From Bacilli bacterium (GTDB lineage Bacteria > Bacillota_I > Bacilli_A > ML615J-28 > CAG-313), in NCBI GenBank assembly GCA_051872775.1, contig JBJEEE010000088.1:2762-66761 (forward strand): a DNA stretch of 64,000 nucleotides, read 5' to 3'. The position numbers were made by a program, and so were the translations under genes. Shown here one piece after another: positions 41,467-51,713 of the stretch; within the stretch, counting starts at the first letter, position 1; the number at the start of each line of letters is the position of its first letter. Under the pieces are notes generated by a model that was not told the DNA's origin, searched no databases, and worked only from the letters and a program-made list of their open reading frames with translations.

Positions 41467-41597
41467 TGTATCACCTCAATTGTTATTATATATTTTAAAC
41501 TTAATTAAAATTAAAAAATATATAATTTAGATAAATTATATATTTTTATTATACTTATTTTTATTTAAATTGTAAATTAGAAAGATTTATACTTATC

Positions 41598-42389
41598 TTA
41601 AATTAATTCTTTTTTGTTATATCTAAGCATTATCACGAAAAACAATAAAACAGTAATAACAAGACTGATTATAATCATTATAGGATTAATTGATACATTC
41701 ATGATTACATTTCTTGTATCCGCAAGCGTGAATACAGAAAAATATTTGATAAACTCAACATTATCAGATAGACTAGATAGAGTATTTAAGACATAACTAC
41801 CCAACACCACCGCAAGACTTACTCCTTGCATCTTTCTTAATTTATGAGTTAGTGTTGACAGAAGCATACATAAAAAGAATATTACAATAGATGGAAATAG
41901 CGGAGTTAAACTCAATAATAGATATTGTATAATATCAAACTCACAACTTACTAATAAACCAATCAAATTGAATACACCGATAACTAAAGTCAATCCAACA
42001 ATATAAATCAATCCAACAATACATTTACTAATGACTATTTTATTTCTTGTAATTGGGAGTGTACTTAAATATTCAATCGTTTTATCATTTTCTTCTTTTA
42101 ATAAAATGCTACCACCTAGCAATCCACTATAACAACCAACTATCAACAAAACAAAGACAAATCCTTCAGATTTTAACCAACCATAAGCACTATCTATTGA
42201 TGAAATATCCATATTAAAGGCCTTTAAAATTTCTTCAGGAAATAATTTCATTAGTTCATTAATTTTGTCTGCTTCAGTTCCACTCATAATAGAAGGATAA
42301 ATCAAGAAAACTACTAAAAATAAAATGATAGAAACGGCTGCCCATACACAAAAACCTTTAAAGTTTACTTTTAATTCTCTCTTAATCAT
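41598..42389 (-). CDS. ABC-2 type transporter permease (6 TM)
   Basis: The protein is 263 aa and polytopic. The RBS AGGAGAA is present. It lies immediately downstream of the ATPase gene. Confidence 0.7.
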   Translation of the reverse strand: MIKRELKVNFKGFCVWAAVSIILFLVVFLIYPSIMSGTEADKINELMKLFPEEILKAFNMDISSIDSAYGWLKSEGFVFVLLIVGCYSGLLGGSILLKEENDKTIEYLSTLPITRNKIVISKCIVGLIYIVGLTLVIGVFNLIGLLVSCEFDIIQYLLLSLTPLFPSIVIFFLCMLLSTLTHKLRKMQGVSLAVVLGSYVLNTLSSLSDNVEFIKYFSVFTLADTRNVIMNVSINPIMIIISLVITVLLFFVIMLRYNKKELI

Positions 42390-42398
42390 GGGTTTCTC

Positions 42399-43271
42399 CT
42401 ATTCATAATAATGTAAGAAAATATCTTCTAAGGTGGCTGGTTCAATATATATCTTCTCAATATTATATTTTGTTAATGTTTTAAGTAATTCATTGGCATT
42501 TATGGTGTTTTTGAATGTGACGGTATCAGCGGTTTTAGTGATAACATCTATATGTAATTCATCAATTATTGCTTTTACTTCTTTTGAAGTTATGGTAACA
42601 AACGATAAACTTTTTTCAATGATCTCACTTACTGGTTCAACCTTTAACAAATGACCGTTTTTGATGATTCCTACCCTATCACATATTTTCGATACTTCAC
42701 TTAAGATATGGGAAGAATATAAAATTGTTGTTCCTTTTTGTTTTTCTTCTTCTAATATTTGATAAAATTCTTGTTGAATGATGGGATCTAGTCCACTTGT
42801 TGGTTCATCTAGTATTATTAATTCAGGTTCGTGCATGAAAGCAAGCACAATTCCTAATTTTTTAAGATTACCAAGAGATAAGTCTTCTATTCTTTTGGAC
42901 TCATCTAATTTTAAACGGTGAACTAACTTCTGGCGTCTTTCTTTTAAATTCTTATTAAACATTTTTTCATGGAAGTCAAGCATTTCTTTAACTGTAAAAT
43001 CATCATATAAATTAATTTCACTCGGTAAATAACCGATTAATTTCTTCATTTCAATATCATCTTTTACAAGTTCATTTCCATTAAATAGCACTTTACCTTC
43101 CGTTTTATTGATAATACCTAAAATAGAACGTATCGTTGTTGATTTGCCGGCACCATTAGGACCAATGAAACCGAAAACTTCCCCTTTTGTAAGATTAAGA
43201 TTTAAATCTTGAACACCTAATACTTTTCCATAATACTTTGTAAGGTTAGTAATTTCAAGAATATTTTCCAT
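42399..43271 (-). CDS. ABC transporter ATP-binding protein (ABC-2/BcrA/NatA-like)
   Basis: The Walker A motif GPNGAGKST, the LSLGNLKKLGIVLA signature and the Walker B motif ILDEPTSGLD are present. The RBS is AAGGAGA. Confidence 0.85.
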   Translation of the reverse strand: MENILEITNLTKYYGKVLGVQDLNLNLTKGEVFGFIGPNGAGKSTTIRSILGIINKTEGKVLFNGNELVKDDIEMKKLIGYLPSEINLYDDFTVKEMLDFHEKMFNKNLKERRQKLVHRLKLDESKRIEDLSLGNLKKLGIVLAFMHEPELIILDEPTSGLDPIIQQEFYQILEEEKQKGTTILYSSHILSEVSKICDRVGIIKNGHLLKVEPVSEIIEKSLSFVTITSKEVKAIIDELHIDVITKTADTVTFKNTINANELLKTLTKYNIEKIYIEPATLEDIFLHYYE

Positions 43272-43449
43272 ATCTATTCTCCTTTTTTGTTCGGTAAGTT
43301 ATCTATATTCTATCATATTTTTTATTATTTTGCAAAAATCTTTATATAGTATTAATTGATTATTTAAATTTTAATGTAAAAAAAAGAGCTATTTCCACTA
43401 AATATCATAGAATCCTATGATGATTTTGAAAATAACTAATTACTTTAGA

Positions 43450-43524
43450 TGGTAGGGCTAGATAGATTCGAACTATCGAAATGACGGAGTCAAAGTCCGT
43501 TGCCTTACCGCTTGGCTATAGCCC
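43450..43524 (-). tRNA. tRNA-Gln (anticodon UUG)
   Basis: The minus strand reads GGGCTATAGCCAAGCGGTAAGGCAACGGACTTTGACTCCGTCATTTCGATAGTTCGAATCTATCTAGCCCTACCA. The anticodon stem is ACGGA/TCCGT and the loop is CTTTGAC. A T-loop GTTCGAATC and an encoded CCA are present. Confidence 0.85.
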
Positions 43525-43532
43525 TATAAAAA

Positions 43533-43616
43533 TGGTGGGGAGGGACGGATTCGAACCATCGAACTCGGAGAGAGTGGATTTACAGTCCACCGCGTTTAGC
43601 CACTTCGCTACCTCCC
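43533..43616 (-). tRNA. tRNA-Tyr (anticodon GUA), class II with a long variable arm
   Basis: The minus strand reads GGGGAGGTAGCGAAGTGGCTAAACGCGGTGGACTGTAAATCCACTCTCTCCGAGTTCGATGGTTCGAATCCGTCCCTCCCCACCA. The anticodon loop is CTGTAAA. Confidence 0.85.
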
Positions 43617-43720
43617 CAACTGCCATAATATTATACTATATTTTTATTACTTTGTAAAATAGTTTGCTTATTGAAATAAAAAAAGATTTATTAACTATAA
43701 TTTAGTTTATAAATCTTTAT

Positions 43721-44176
43721 TTATTTTGATATTATAGAACAACTTTTTTGGATTAAGTTTGCTTCTTTATTTATTTTAATAATTGTATTTTTGATAACTT
43801 TTATAAGTTGTAAATTATATATAAGATTTAATAATCCTACCTTAATTATTCTTTTATGTTTTTTTATCTTACTGCTAAGATATTCTAAAAGTTTGTACAT
43901 ACTTTTTTTTAAAAACATTATATATATGCATATACCTACAATTACAAGTAAAATAAAATATATAGGTATATAACCATATGCCAAATTATAGCTAAATATA
44001 TATGCTATCAATATTTGTATTATACAAAATATAATTTCAATAATGATTCTTATGCTTTTTTTGTTAATGAAATGATTAGAAAAGTAAAGAACACAATCAT
44101 ATGTTGATATTATAAAAATACCATAGAATACTAAATATACTAAAACATTTATTTCTTCTCTTAATGTATGAATCAT
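43721..44176 (-). CDS. yabQ: Sporulation membrane protein YabQ homologue
   Basis: The protein is 151 aa and hydrophobic. The motif YGYIPIYFILLVIVGICIYIMFLKKSMYKLLEYL resembles YabQ (FRFYIFLAVLCGYATYQSLLKRIYLKLL). It overlaps the yabP stop in an ATGA arrangement. Confidence 0.5.
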   Translation of the reverse strand: MIHTLREEINVLVYLVFYGIFIISTYDCVLYFSNHFINKKSIRIIIEIIFCIIQILIAYIFSYNLAYGYIPIYFILLVIVGICIYIMFLKKSMYKLLEYLSSKIKKHKRIIKVGLLNLIYNLQLIKVIKNTIIKINKEANLIQKSCSIISK

Positions 44177-44472
44177 TTGAATAGTTTAGTTAAGAATCCT
44201 TGTTTTTTCTCTTTTTTTGTAGTGCTATCTTTATAAATTAATGAATCGATATGACCGACTATCCAAAGGTTTCCTTTTTCAATGTCTAGATGTTTCATTT
44301 CTAATTCATCTCCTTTTACAATTAATATACCTAAATTTGTATCAATTACAAATTCATATTCATTTAAACTTTCAATTTTATTGATACCTTTAATCTCTAG
44401 TTCCTTCCGATTTTTAATTATTATTTCTTGATTAGTTGTACCTATCTTGATTTCTTGATTCATATTTATCAC
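44173..44472 (-). CDS. yabP: Sporulation protein YabP homologue
   Basis: The protein is 99 aa. The motifs LEIKGINKIESLNEYEFVIDTNLGILIVKGDELEMKHLDIEKGNLWIVGHIDSLIY fit the YabP pattern. The RBS is AGGAGTG. Confidence 0.65.
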   Translation of the reverse strand: MINMNQEIKIGTTNQEIIIKNRKELEIKGINKIESLNEYEFVIDTNLGILIVKGDELEMKHLDIEKGNLWIVGHIDSLIYKDSTTKKEKKQGFLTKLFK

Positions 44473-44555
44473 TCCTTGATTAATTATATGTGAAAATATT
44501 TTGCATATGACTATGTTTTTATGTAAATTTATGTTAAAATAAACAAGTGATATAA

Positions 44556-46064
<1,509 letters not shown>

Positions 46065-46132
46065 TTATTGTAAAAGTTAATCTTTACAAAAAATGTTAAT
46101 AACCTATTTTATGTGAAAAAATTATAAATAAT

Positions 46133-46170
46133 AAGAGATTGAATTATGACTAATTCAATCTCTTTTTTTA
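46133..46170. terminator. Bidirectional terminator between lysS and htpG
   Basis: AAGAGATTGAATTA-TGAC-TAATTCAATCTCTT is a 14-bp perfect stem, followed by TTTTTTATT. Confidence 0.8.
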
Positions 46171-48114
46171 TTACTTACTACTCTTTATCATTAATTTACA
46201 CATTAAGTTAGAGAACTCAACACTATTGGTTGGTTTAAATCCCTCAATTAATAATGCTTGATTATAAAGTAAGAAAGCATAGTCTTTTATATCTTCTGGA
46301 TTGTTCTTATAGATTTCTTCTAAAGAATTAAATAATTCATGATTAGGATTAATCTCTAAGATACGATCAGCTCGTACTTTATCTTGGGTTGGCATTGCTT
46401 CGATTACTTTTTCCATTTCAAATGATATACCATCTCCTGAAACTAAGCATACTGGAGAATCAATTAAACGTGTTGATATTACAACATCTTTAACTTCATC
46501 TTTTAAAGCTTCTTTTAAAGCATCTAGTAAGCCTTGGCTATTTTTCTTTACTTCTTCTTGTTTTGCTTTTTCCTCTTCGGTTGCGATTTCATCTAAACTT
46601 GCTTGATTAATAGATTTAAATTCATGTTCACCATATTTATTAAACATTTTTAACAAGAATTCATCTACATCATCTGTTAATATTAAAACATCATAGCCAT
46701 GCTTTTTAAGTTGATCCATTTGTGGCATTGCAAGAACTTCATCTTTTGATTTAGCACTAGTATAATAGATATCTTTTTGACCTTCTTTCATATTTTCAAC
46801 ATATTCTTTGAAAGTTATCATCTTTTCACTATTAACAGATTGATAAATCAATAAGTCTTGTAATAGTTCTTTTTTAGAGCCATAGTTTTCATAAGCACCA
46901 AACTTTAGATTAATACCATAGTTTTTAAAGAATTCAACATACTTATCAAAATCATCTTTTTGAAGACTTGAAAGTTTATTGATTATTTTCTTTTCAATAT
47001 TAATCTGCATAAGTTTTAATACTTTATTTTGTTGTAACATTTCACGACTAATATTAAGCGATAAGTCTGATGAATCGACAATACCTTTTACAAAACGTAA
47101 ATAATCAGGTATTAGTTCTTTACATTTATCCATAATGAACACGCCTTTAGAATAGAGTTGTAATCCTTTTTCATAATCAACAGAGTGAAGATTACGAGGA
47201 GGAACATTAGGAATAAATAGTAGTGAAGTATAGTTAATATTTCCTTCTACATTAAACATAAGATGAAGCATAGGTTTTTCGTAATCATAGAACTTTTGCA
47301 TGTAAAAATCATTAAGTTCATCGTCTGTTACTTCATTTTTGTTCTTACGCCAAAGAGGAATCATTGAATTTAGAGTTTCAAGTGAAGTAACTTCCTCATA
47401 TTCATCTTCAATTACATTTCCTTCTTCGTCATGTTTAGGTTCTTCTTTGGTCATATACATTGTAATTGGGTAGCGAATATAGTCTGAATACTTTTTGACA
47501 AGATACTTAATTGTATATTCATCAAGATATCGGTCATAATCGTTTTCGACTTTTCCATCTTCTGTCTTTGTGTTTTCCTTCAAATATAGTGTAATAGATG
47601 TTCCGTCAGTTTGTTTATCACATTCATCTATCTCATAAGTATCTTTACCGGTTGAAGAGAAAAGATATCCTTTTTCACTATATGGGGATTTAGTTAAGAC
47701 GACAACTTTTTTGGCAACCATAAATGATGAATAGAATCCAACACCAAATTGACCAATGGTTTCTGGTGATTCCGTTCCTTCATTTTTTGCTTCTTCAAGT
47801 TTTTTGGCGAATGCTAATGTTCCAGATTTAGCTATTGTTCCAAGATTATCATTTACTTCTTCATATGTCATACCAATTCCGTTATCAGTAATGGTTAAGG
47901 CTCTTTTTTCTTTATCAATGTCTATATGAATTTCATAATCATTTCTGATTGGAAGTGATTCATCTGATAACGACAAATAATGATATTTATCGATGGCATC
48001 TGATGCATTTGATAATAATTCTCGTAAGAAGATTTCTTGGTTTGTATAAATAGAATTTATCATTAAATCAAGTAATCTCTTTGATTCTGTTTTAAATTGT
48101 TTTGTTTTTCCCAT
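46171..48114 (-). CDS. htpG: Molecular chaperone HtpG (Hsp90)
   Basis: The N-terminus FKTESKRLLDLMINSIYTNQEIFLRELLSNASDAIDK is canonical for HtpG. The protein is 647 aa. Confidence 0.95.
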   Translation of the reverse strand: MGKTKQFKTESKRLLDLMINSIYTNQEIFLRELLSNASDAIDKYHYLSLSDESLPIRNDYEIHIDIDKEKRALTITDNGIGMTYEEVNDNLGTIAKSGTLAFAKKLEEAKNEGTESPETIGQFGVGFYSSFMVAKKVVVLTKSPYSEKGYLFSSTGKDTYEIDECDKQTDGTSITLYLKENTKTEDGKVENDYDRYLDEYTIKYLVKKYSDYIRYPITMYMTKEEPKHDEEGNVIEDEYEEVTSLETLNSMIPLWRKNKNEVTDDELNDFYMQKFYDYEKPMLHLMFNVEGNINYTSLLFIPNVPPRNLHSVDYEKGLQLYSKGVFIMDKCKELIPDYLRFVKGIVDSSDLSLNISREMLQQNKVLKLMQINIEKKIINKLSSLQKDDFDKYVEFFKNYGINLKFGAYENYGSKKELLQDLLIYQSVNSEKMITFKEYVENMKEGQKDIYYTSAKSKDEVLAMPQMDQLKKHGYDVLILTDDVDEFLLKMFNKYGEHEFKSINQASLDEIATEEEKAKQEEVKKNSQGLLDALKEALKDEVKDVVISTRLIDSPVCLVSGDGISFEMEKVIEAMPTQDKVRADRILEINPNHELFNSLEEIYKNNPEDIKDYAFLLYNQALLIEGFKPTNSVEFSNLMCKLMIKSSK

Positions 48115-48130
48115 AATATCATATCTCCTT

Positions 48131-48157
48131 TTAGCACTCTATTACTCTGAGTGCTAA
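48131..48157. promoter_or_regulatory. CIRCE element (HrcA operator) in the htpG leader
   Basis: TTAGCACTC-TATTACTCT-GAGTGCTAA is a perfect 9-N9-9 inverted repeat. It lies between the htpG RBS and the promoter. Confidence 0.8.
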
Positions 48158-48160
48158 TTC

Positions 48161-48189
48161 ATTATATCACTTTTATCAAGGGATGTCAC
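48161..48189 (-). promoter_or_regulatory. htpG promoter
   Basis: Minus-strand sequence GTGACA - 17 nt - TATAAT, with an extended TG (TGATATAAT). It lies immediately 5' of the CIRCE element. Confidence 0.55.
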
Positions 48190-48198
48190 AAAATATGC

Positions 48199-48753
48199 TT
48201 ATAAATCAATGTCATTTGTAAGTGATAATTCTTCAACCATTAATGCAAAAACAGTATAGACAGGATTAAATGTAGTATTTCTTGGAGTGTTTTCATCGAT
48301 AAGTATTTCTACTTCTTCAAGAATATCAGTTTGACTACTCTTCTTATTTGCAATTAAACGATCAACTCTTTCCATTAAGGTTTCAATTTTATCTTTTGTC
48401 TCATCAGTTAAATAATCGTTAACATCTAAAAAAGATTTGAAATCATCTAACATAATCATATTAATAATTAAAGAACTACACTTATTAAGTTCGTCTATAT
48501 TTTTATCAAAGCAATCTTCATAATAGGTCTTAATATCTGAGATTACATTTGATAGATATCCAAACCCTAGACTAAACACTTCTTCTAAGTCTTCATCGAT
48601 TTTGCTATTAGTTGAATATAGTTTATATACATAATCGGTTACTTTAAGTACATCATTAATAACTACTAAAATAGGGGATTTACTAATTCTTAAGGCATCA
48701 AGGATTTCCATGCTCTCATCTAAATAACTTATATAGTCATCATAAATATTCAT
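48199..48753 (-). CDS. Hypothetical acidic protein (184 aa)
   Basis: The RBS AAAGGAAG is present. I recognise no motif. It is rich in D and E and is divergent from hslO. Confidence 0.4.
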   Translation of the reverse strand: MNIYDDYISYLDESMEILDALRISKSPILVVINDVLKVTDYVYKLYSTNSKIDEDLEEVFSLGFGYLSNVISDIKTYYEDCFDKNIDELNKCSSLIINMIMLDDFKSFLDVNDYLTDETKDKIETLMERVDRLIANKKSSQTDILEEVEILIDENTPRNTTFNPVYTVFALMVEELSLTNDIDL

Positions 48754-48855
48754 AATTCAATCTTCCTTTCATTTGTTTAATTTTATCATTTTATTTTGCT
48801 TTTTACAAGTGTTTCAATTACAAATGTGATATACTAAATTTATAGGAGAGATATT

Positions 48856-49770
48856 ATGAAAGATTATTTAGTAAAAGCTCTTGCATATGATGAGCATGTA
48901 AGAATATATTGTGTAAGTTGTGCTAATGCCCTTAATGAAATCGGTGATCGATTTGAGTATTACCCTAGTCCATTAGATGCGGTTGGCCGTGTCCTTTCTA
49001 TGGGTGCAATGATGGGGTCGATGTTGAAGTTAGAAGAAACACTTACTTTACGGGTCGAAGGTAATGGACCAATAGGAAAGATTATTGTGGATGCGGATGC
49101 ACATGGAAATATCCGTGGTTATTGTGATAATCCTCATTGTCATTTTGAATATAATGATGGTAGACTTAATTGTAAGGCTACTATTGGTGATCGTGGTTTC
49201 ATAAGTGTCATTAAAGATTTAAAATTAAAAGAACCATTTGTTGGATCAACTCCTATCATAAGTGGTGAGATTGGCGAAGACTTTGCTTATTATTTTATGG
49301 TTAGTGAGCAAATCCCATCGGCTGTTGGCGTTGGTGTTTTAGTTAACACGGAAAGTGTAGCCACAAGTTGTGGGGGATTCATTATTCAATTAATGCCTAA
49401 TACTCCTGAGGAAGTTATAACTAAACTTGAAAATAAACTTAAAGTTTTGCCTACTATGACAGAAATGCTTAATTCTGGTTTAACTCCTGAGGAAATTGTA
49501 AAAAATATTGAAGAAGATGCAGAAATAATTGAGACTGTACCTATTTCATTCAAATGCAATTGTAGTAAAGAAAGATTTGAAAAAGGAATTATTTCTCTTG
49601 GCTATGAGGAAATCGAAGCTATGATTAAAGAAGATGGCTGTGCAGATACTGTATGTCATTTTTGTGGTAATCATTACTATTTTACCAAAGATGATTTAGA
49701 AAAACTTGCTTTAATTGCAAAAGAAAAATTCAAAAGAAAGGAATTAGAAAAGCATGAAGACATATCTTAA
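48856..49770 (+). CDS. hslO: Redox-regulated chaperone Hsp33
   Basis: The C-terminal zinc centre CNCSKERF ... CHFCGNHYYF is present and the N-terminal domain is conserved. The promoter is TTTACA-17-TGATATACT and the RBS is AGGAGAG. Confidence 0.85.
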   Translation: MKDYLVKALAYDEHVRIYCVSCANALNEIGDRFEYYPSPLDAVGRVLSMGAMMGSMLKLEETLTLRVEGNGPIGKIIVDADAHGNIRGYCDNPHCHFEYNDGRLNCKATIGDRGFISVIKDLKLKEPFVGSTPIISGEIGEDFAYYFMVSEQIPSAVGVGVLVNTESVATSCGGFIIQLMPNTPEEVITKLENKLKVLPTMTEMLNSGLTPEEIVKNIEEDAEIIETVPISFKCNCSKERFEKGIISLGYEEIEAMIKEDGCADTVCHFCGNHYYFTKDDLEKLALIAKEKFKRKELEKHEDIS

Positions 49771-50770
49771 TTTAGATTTGATGAGAAAAATAATGACTAT
49801 ACCGAGTCCAACCGGATATACCAAAAATAAAATTATGTTCCTTGATGAGTATTGTAAAAACTTAGGTTATGATACATCACTTAATAAGAAAGGAAATTTA
49901 ATTGTCCATGTTAAAGGTAGTTGTGATTATACTGTTGGTTTAAGTGCTCATGTCGATACGTTGGGATTGATGGTTCGTTCCATCAGAAGTGACGGTCATT
50001 TGTGCTTTACTCCACTTGGAGGTCCAATATTACCCACTTATGATGGTGAGTATGTAAAAATACATACACGTGATAACTTAGTATATTCAGGTACAGTCCT
50101 ATCAACTAGTCCAAGTAGTCATGTATATAGTGATGCAACAAGCAAGGTACGTTCAGCAGATACAATGTACATTAGACTTGATGAAGTTGTTTATTCTAAA
50201 AATGATACAATCAAGTTGGGCATTACTAATGGTGATTTTATCAGTGTTGATCCTAAATTTGAAATAACTGAATCTGGTTATATTAAAACAAGATTTCTTG
50301 ATGATTTAGCAAGTGTTTTTATTCTTCTTGAAGTTCTAAGATATTTAAAAGAAAATAATTTAACGCCAAGATGCAATCTAGAGATTATCTTTTCTACTTA
50401 TGAAGAAGTCGGTCATGGTGCAAGTTCAATTCCTAATGTTGATGAGTTACTTGCTATTGATATGGGTTGTATTGGTAGTGATTTAAGTTGTACTGAAGAG
50501 ATGGTCTCAATTTGTGCTAAAGATTCAAGTGGTCCTTATGATTATGAAATGGTTAATAATTTAATTAAACTTGCGAAAGAAAACGACTTAAATTATGCTG
50601 TTGATATATATCCTTTTTATGGATCTGATGCTTCTAGCGCACTTAGAGGTGGCAATGATATTAAAGCTGCTTTGATAGGGGCTGGTATTGCGGCATCACA
50701 CGGAATGGAAAGAACTCACCTTAAAGGTTTAGAAAATACTTTTAAACTTATTCTTGCTTATATTAAATAA
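49754..50770 (+). CDS. M42 family aminopeptidase (YsdC/FrvX-like)
   Basis: The protein is 338 aa with the M42 architecture (LMRKIMTIPSPTGYTKN...). It overlaps the hslO 3' end by 17 nt. Confidence 0.65.
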   Translation: MKTYLNLDLMRKIMTIPSPTGYTKNKIMFLDEYCKNLGYDTSLNKKGNLIVHVKGSCDYTVGLSAHVDTLGLMVRSIRSDGHLCFTPLGGPILPTYDGEYVKIHTRDNLVYSGTVLSTSPSSHVYSDATSKVRSADTMYIRLDEVVYSKNDTIKLGITNGDFISVDPKFEITESGYIKTRFLDDLASVFILLEVLRYLKENNLTPRCNLEIIFSTYEEVGHGASSIPNVDELLAIDMGCIGSDLSCTEEMVSICAKDSSGPYDYEMVNNLIKLAKENDLNYAVDIYPFYGSDASSALRGGNDIKAALIGAGIAASHGMERTHLKGLENTFKLILAYIK

Positions 50771-50776
50771 AAAAAA

Positions 50777-50826
50777 ACACATTAGTAATTAGTTACATAA
50801 ACTTATTACTAATGTGTCTTTTTATT
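50777..50826. terminator. Bidirectional terminator between the M42 gene and maf
   Basis: ACACATTAGTAAT ... ATTACTAATGTGT forms a 13-bp stem. It is flanked by A9 upstream and TTTTTATTTATT downstream. Confidence 0.75.
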
Positions 50827-51382
50827 TATTCATAATTTCTTTTAGCATATGATAAAGTTTACAAACAGGTAAACCCATAATATTATAATAGTCACCTTTA
50901 ATACTTTCAATATACTTTGAGCACATGCCTTGAATAGCATAACTTCCAGCTTTATCATAAACATTTTCATTATGAATATAGTCAGTAATTTCTTCTTCAG
51001 TCATCTTGCAAAAAGTAACTTCAGATTTTTCCACAAATTGCTTGATAGTATCTTTATAAATAACTGTAACACCTGTTAAAACATAGTGAGTATTACCTGA
51101 TAACTTGTATAACATTGTTCTTGCTTCCATTTCATTATGTGGTTTTCCTAAAATTTCATTGTTGATTACAACTATAGTATCTGCTCCAATAATTAAATCA
51201 TTAGGAAATCGTTGAGCTACTTCTCTTGCTTTTTGTAGGGAAATATCTACTACTATATCTTCAGGATTACTTGATTCTTTATGTATTTCTTTGCTGTTTG
51301 AAGGTACTACTTTATGAGGTATTTTCACTAATTCAAGTAATTCGTGTCGTCTAGGTGATTGCGAGGCTAATATTATTTGCAT
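50822..51382 (-). CDS. maf: Maf-like nucleoside triphosphate pyrophosphatase
   Basis: MQIILASQSPRRHELL is the canonical Maf N-terminus. The RBS is AAGGAG. Confidence 0.9.
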   Translation of the reverse strand: MQIILASQSPRRHELLELVKIPHKVVPSNSKEIHKESSNPEDIVVDISLQKAREVAQRFPNDLIIGADTIVVINNEILGKPHNEMEARTMLYKLSGNTHYVLTGVTVIYKDTIKQFVEKSEVTFCKMTEEEITDYIHNENVYDKAGSYAIQGMCSKYIESIKGDYYNIMGLPVCKLYHMLKEIMNK

Positions 51383-51432
51383 AAATAACTCCTTGTATAA
51401 TTAAAAGTTAGATTCGAATGAACCTAACTCTT

Positions 51433-51690
51433 TTAGTTTGCGATAGTTTCAGATATTAGTTCATACATTAAAGCTGCATCTGTTTTTTTAGTTGATTCAA
51501 TAAGTGATGTAACTTTAACTTCTATTATTTTTCTTCCATATCTGATTTTGATAATATCACCAATTTTTACTTCTTTAGATGGTTTAGCAGGAGTATCATT
51601 AACATATACTCTTTCTGCTTCACTTGCTTCTTTTGCAAGGGTTCGACGTTTAATTAGACGTGATACTTTTAAATATTTATCTAAACGCAT
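51433..51690 (-). CDS. rqcP: S4-domain RNA-binding protein (YabO/RqcP/Hsp15-like)
   Basis: The protein is 85 aa. MRLDKYLKVSRLIKRRTLAKE is an S4 fold. It matches the size of B. subtilis YabO. Confidence 0.7.
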   Translation of the reverse strand: MRLDKYLKVSRLIKRRTLAKEASEAERVYVNDTPAKPSKEVKIGDIIKIRYGRKIIEVKVTSLIESTKKTDAALMYELISETIAN

Positions 51691-51713
51691 TATCTATTTT
51701 CACTTTCTAAATC

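Noticed and set aside
43272-43449. Terminator hairpin downstream of tRNA-Gln (ATCATAG-AATC-CTATGAT)
   Set aside because: The stem is only 7 bp and AT-rich, with no adjacent U-tract on the tRNA strand. It is not convincing.
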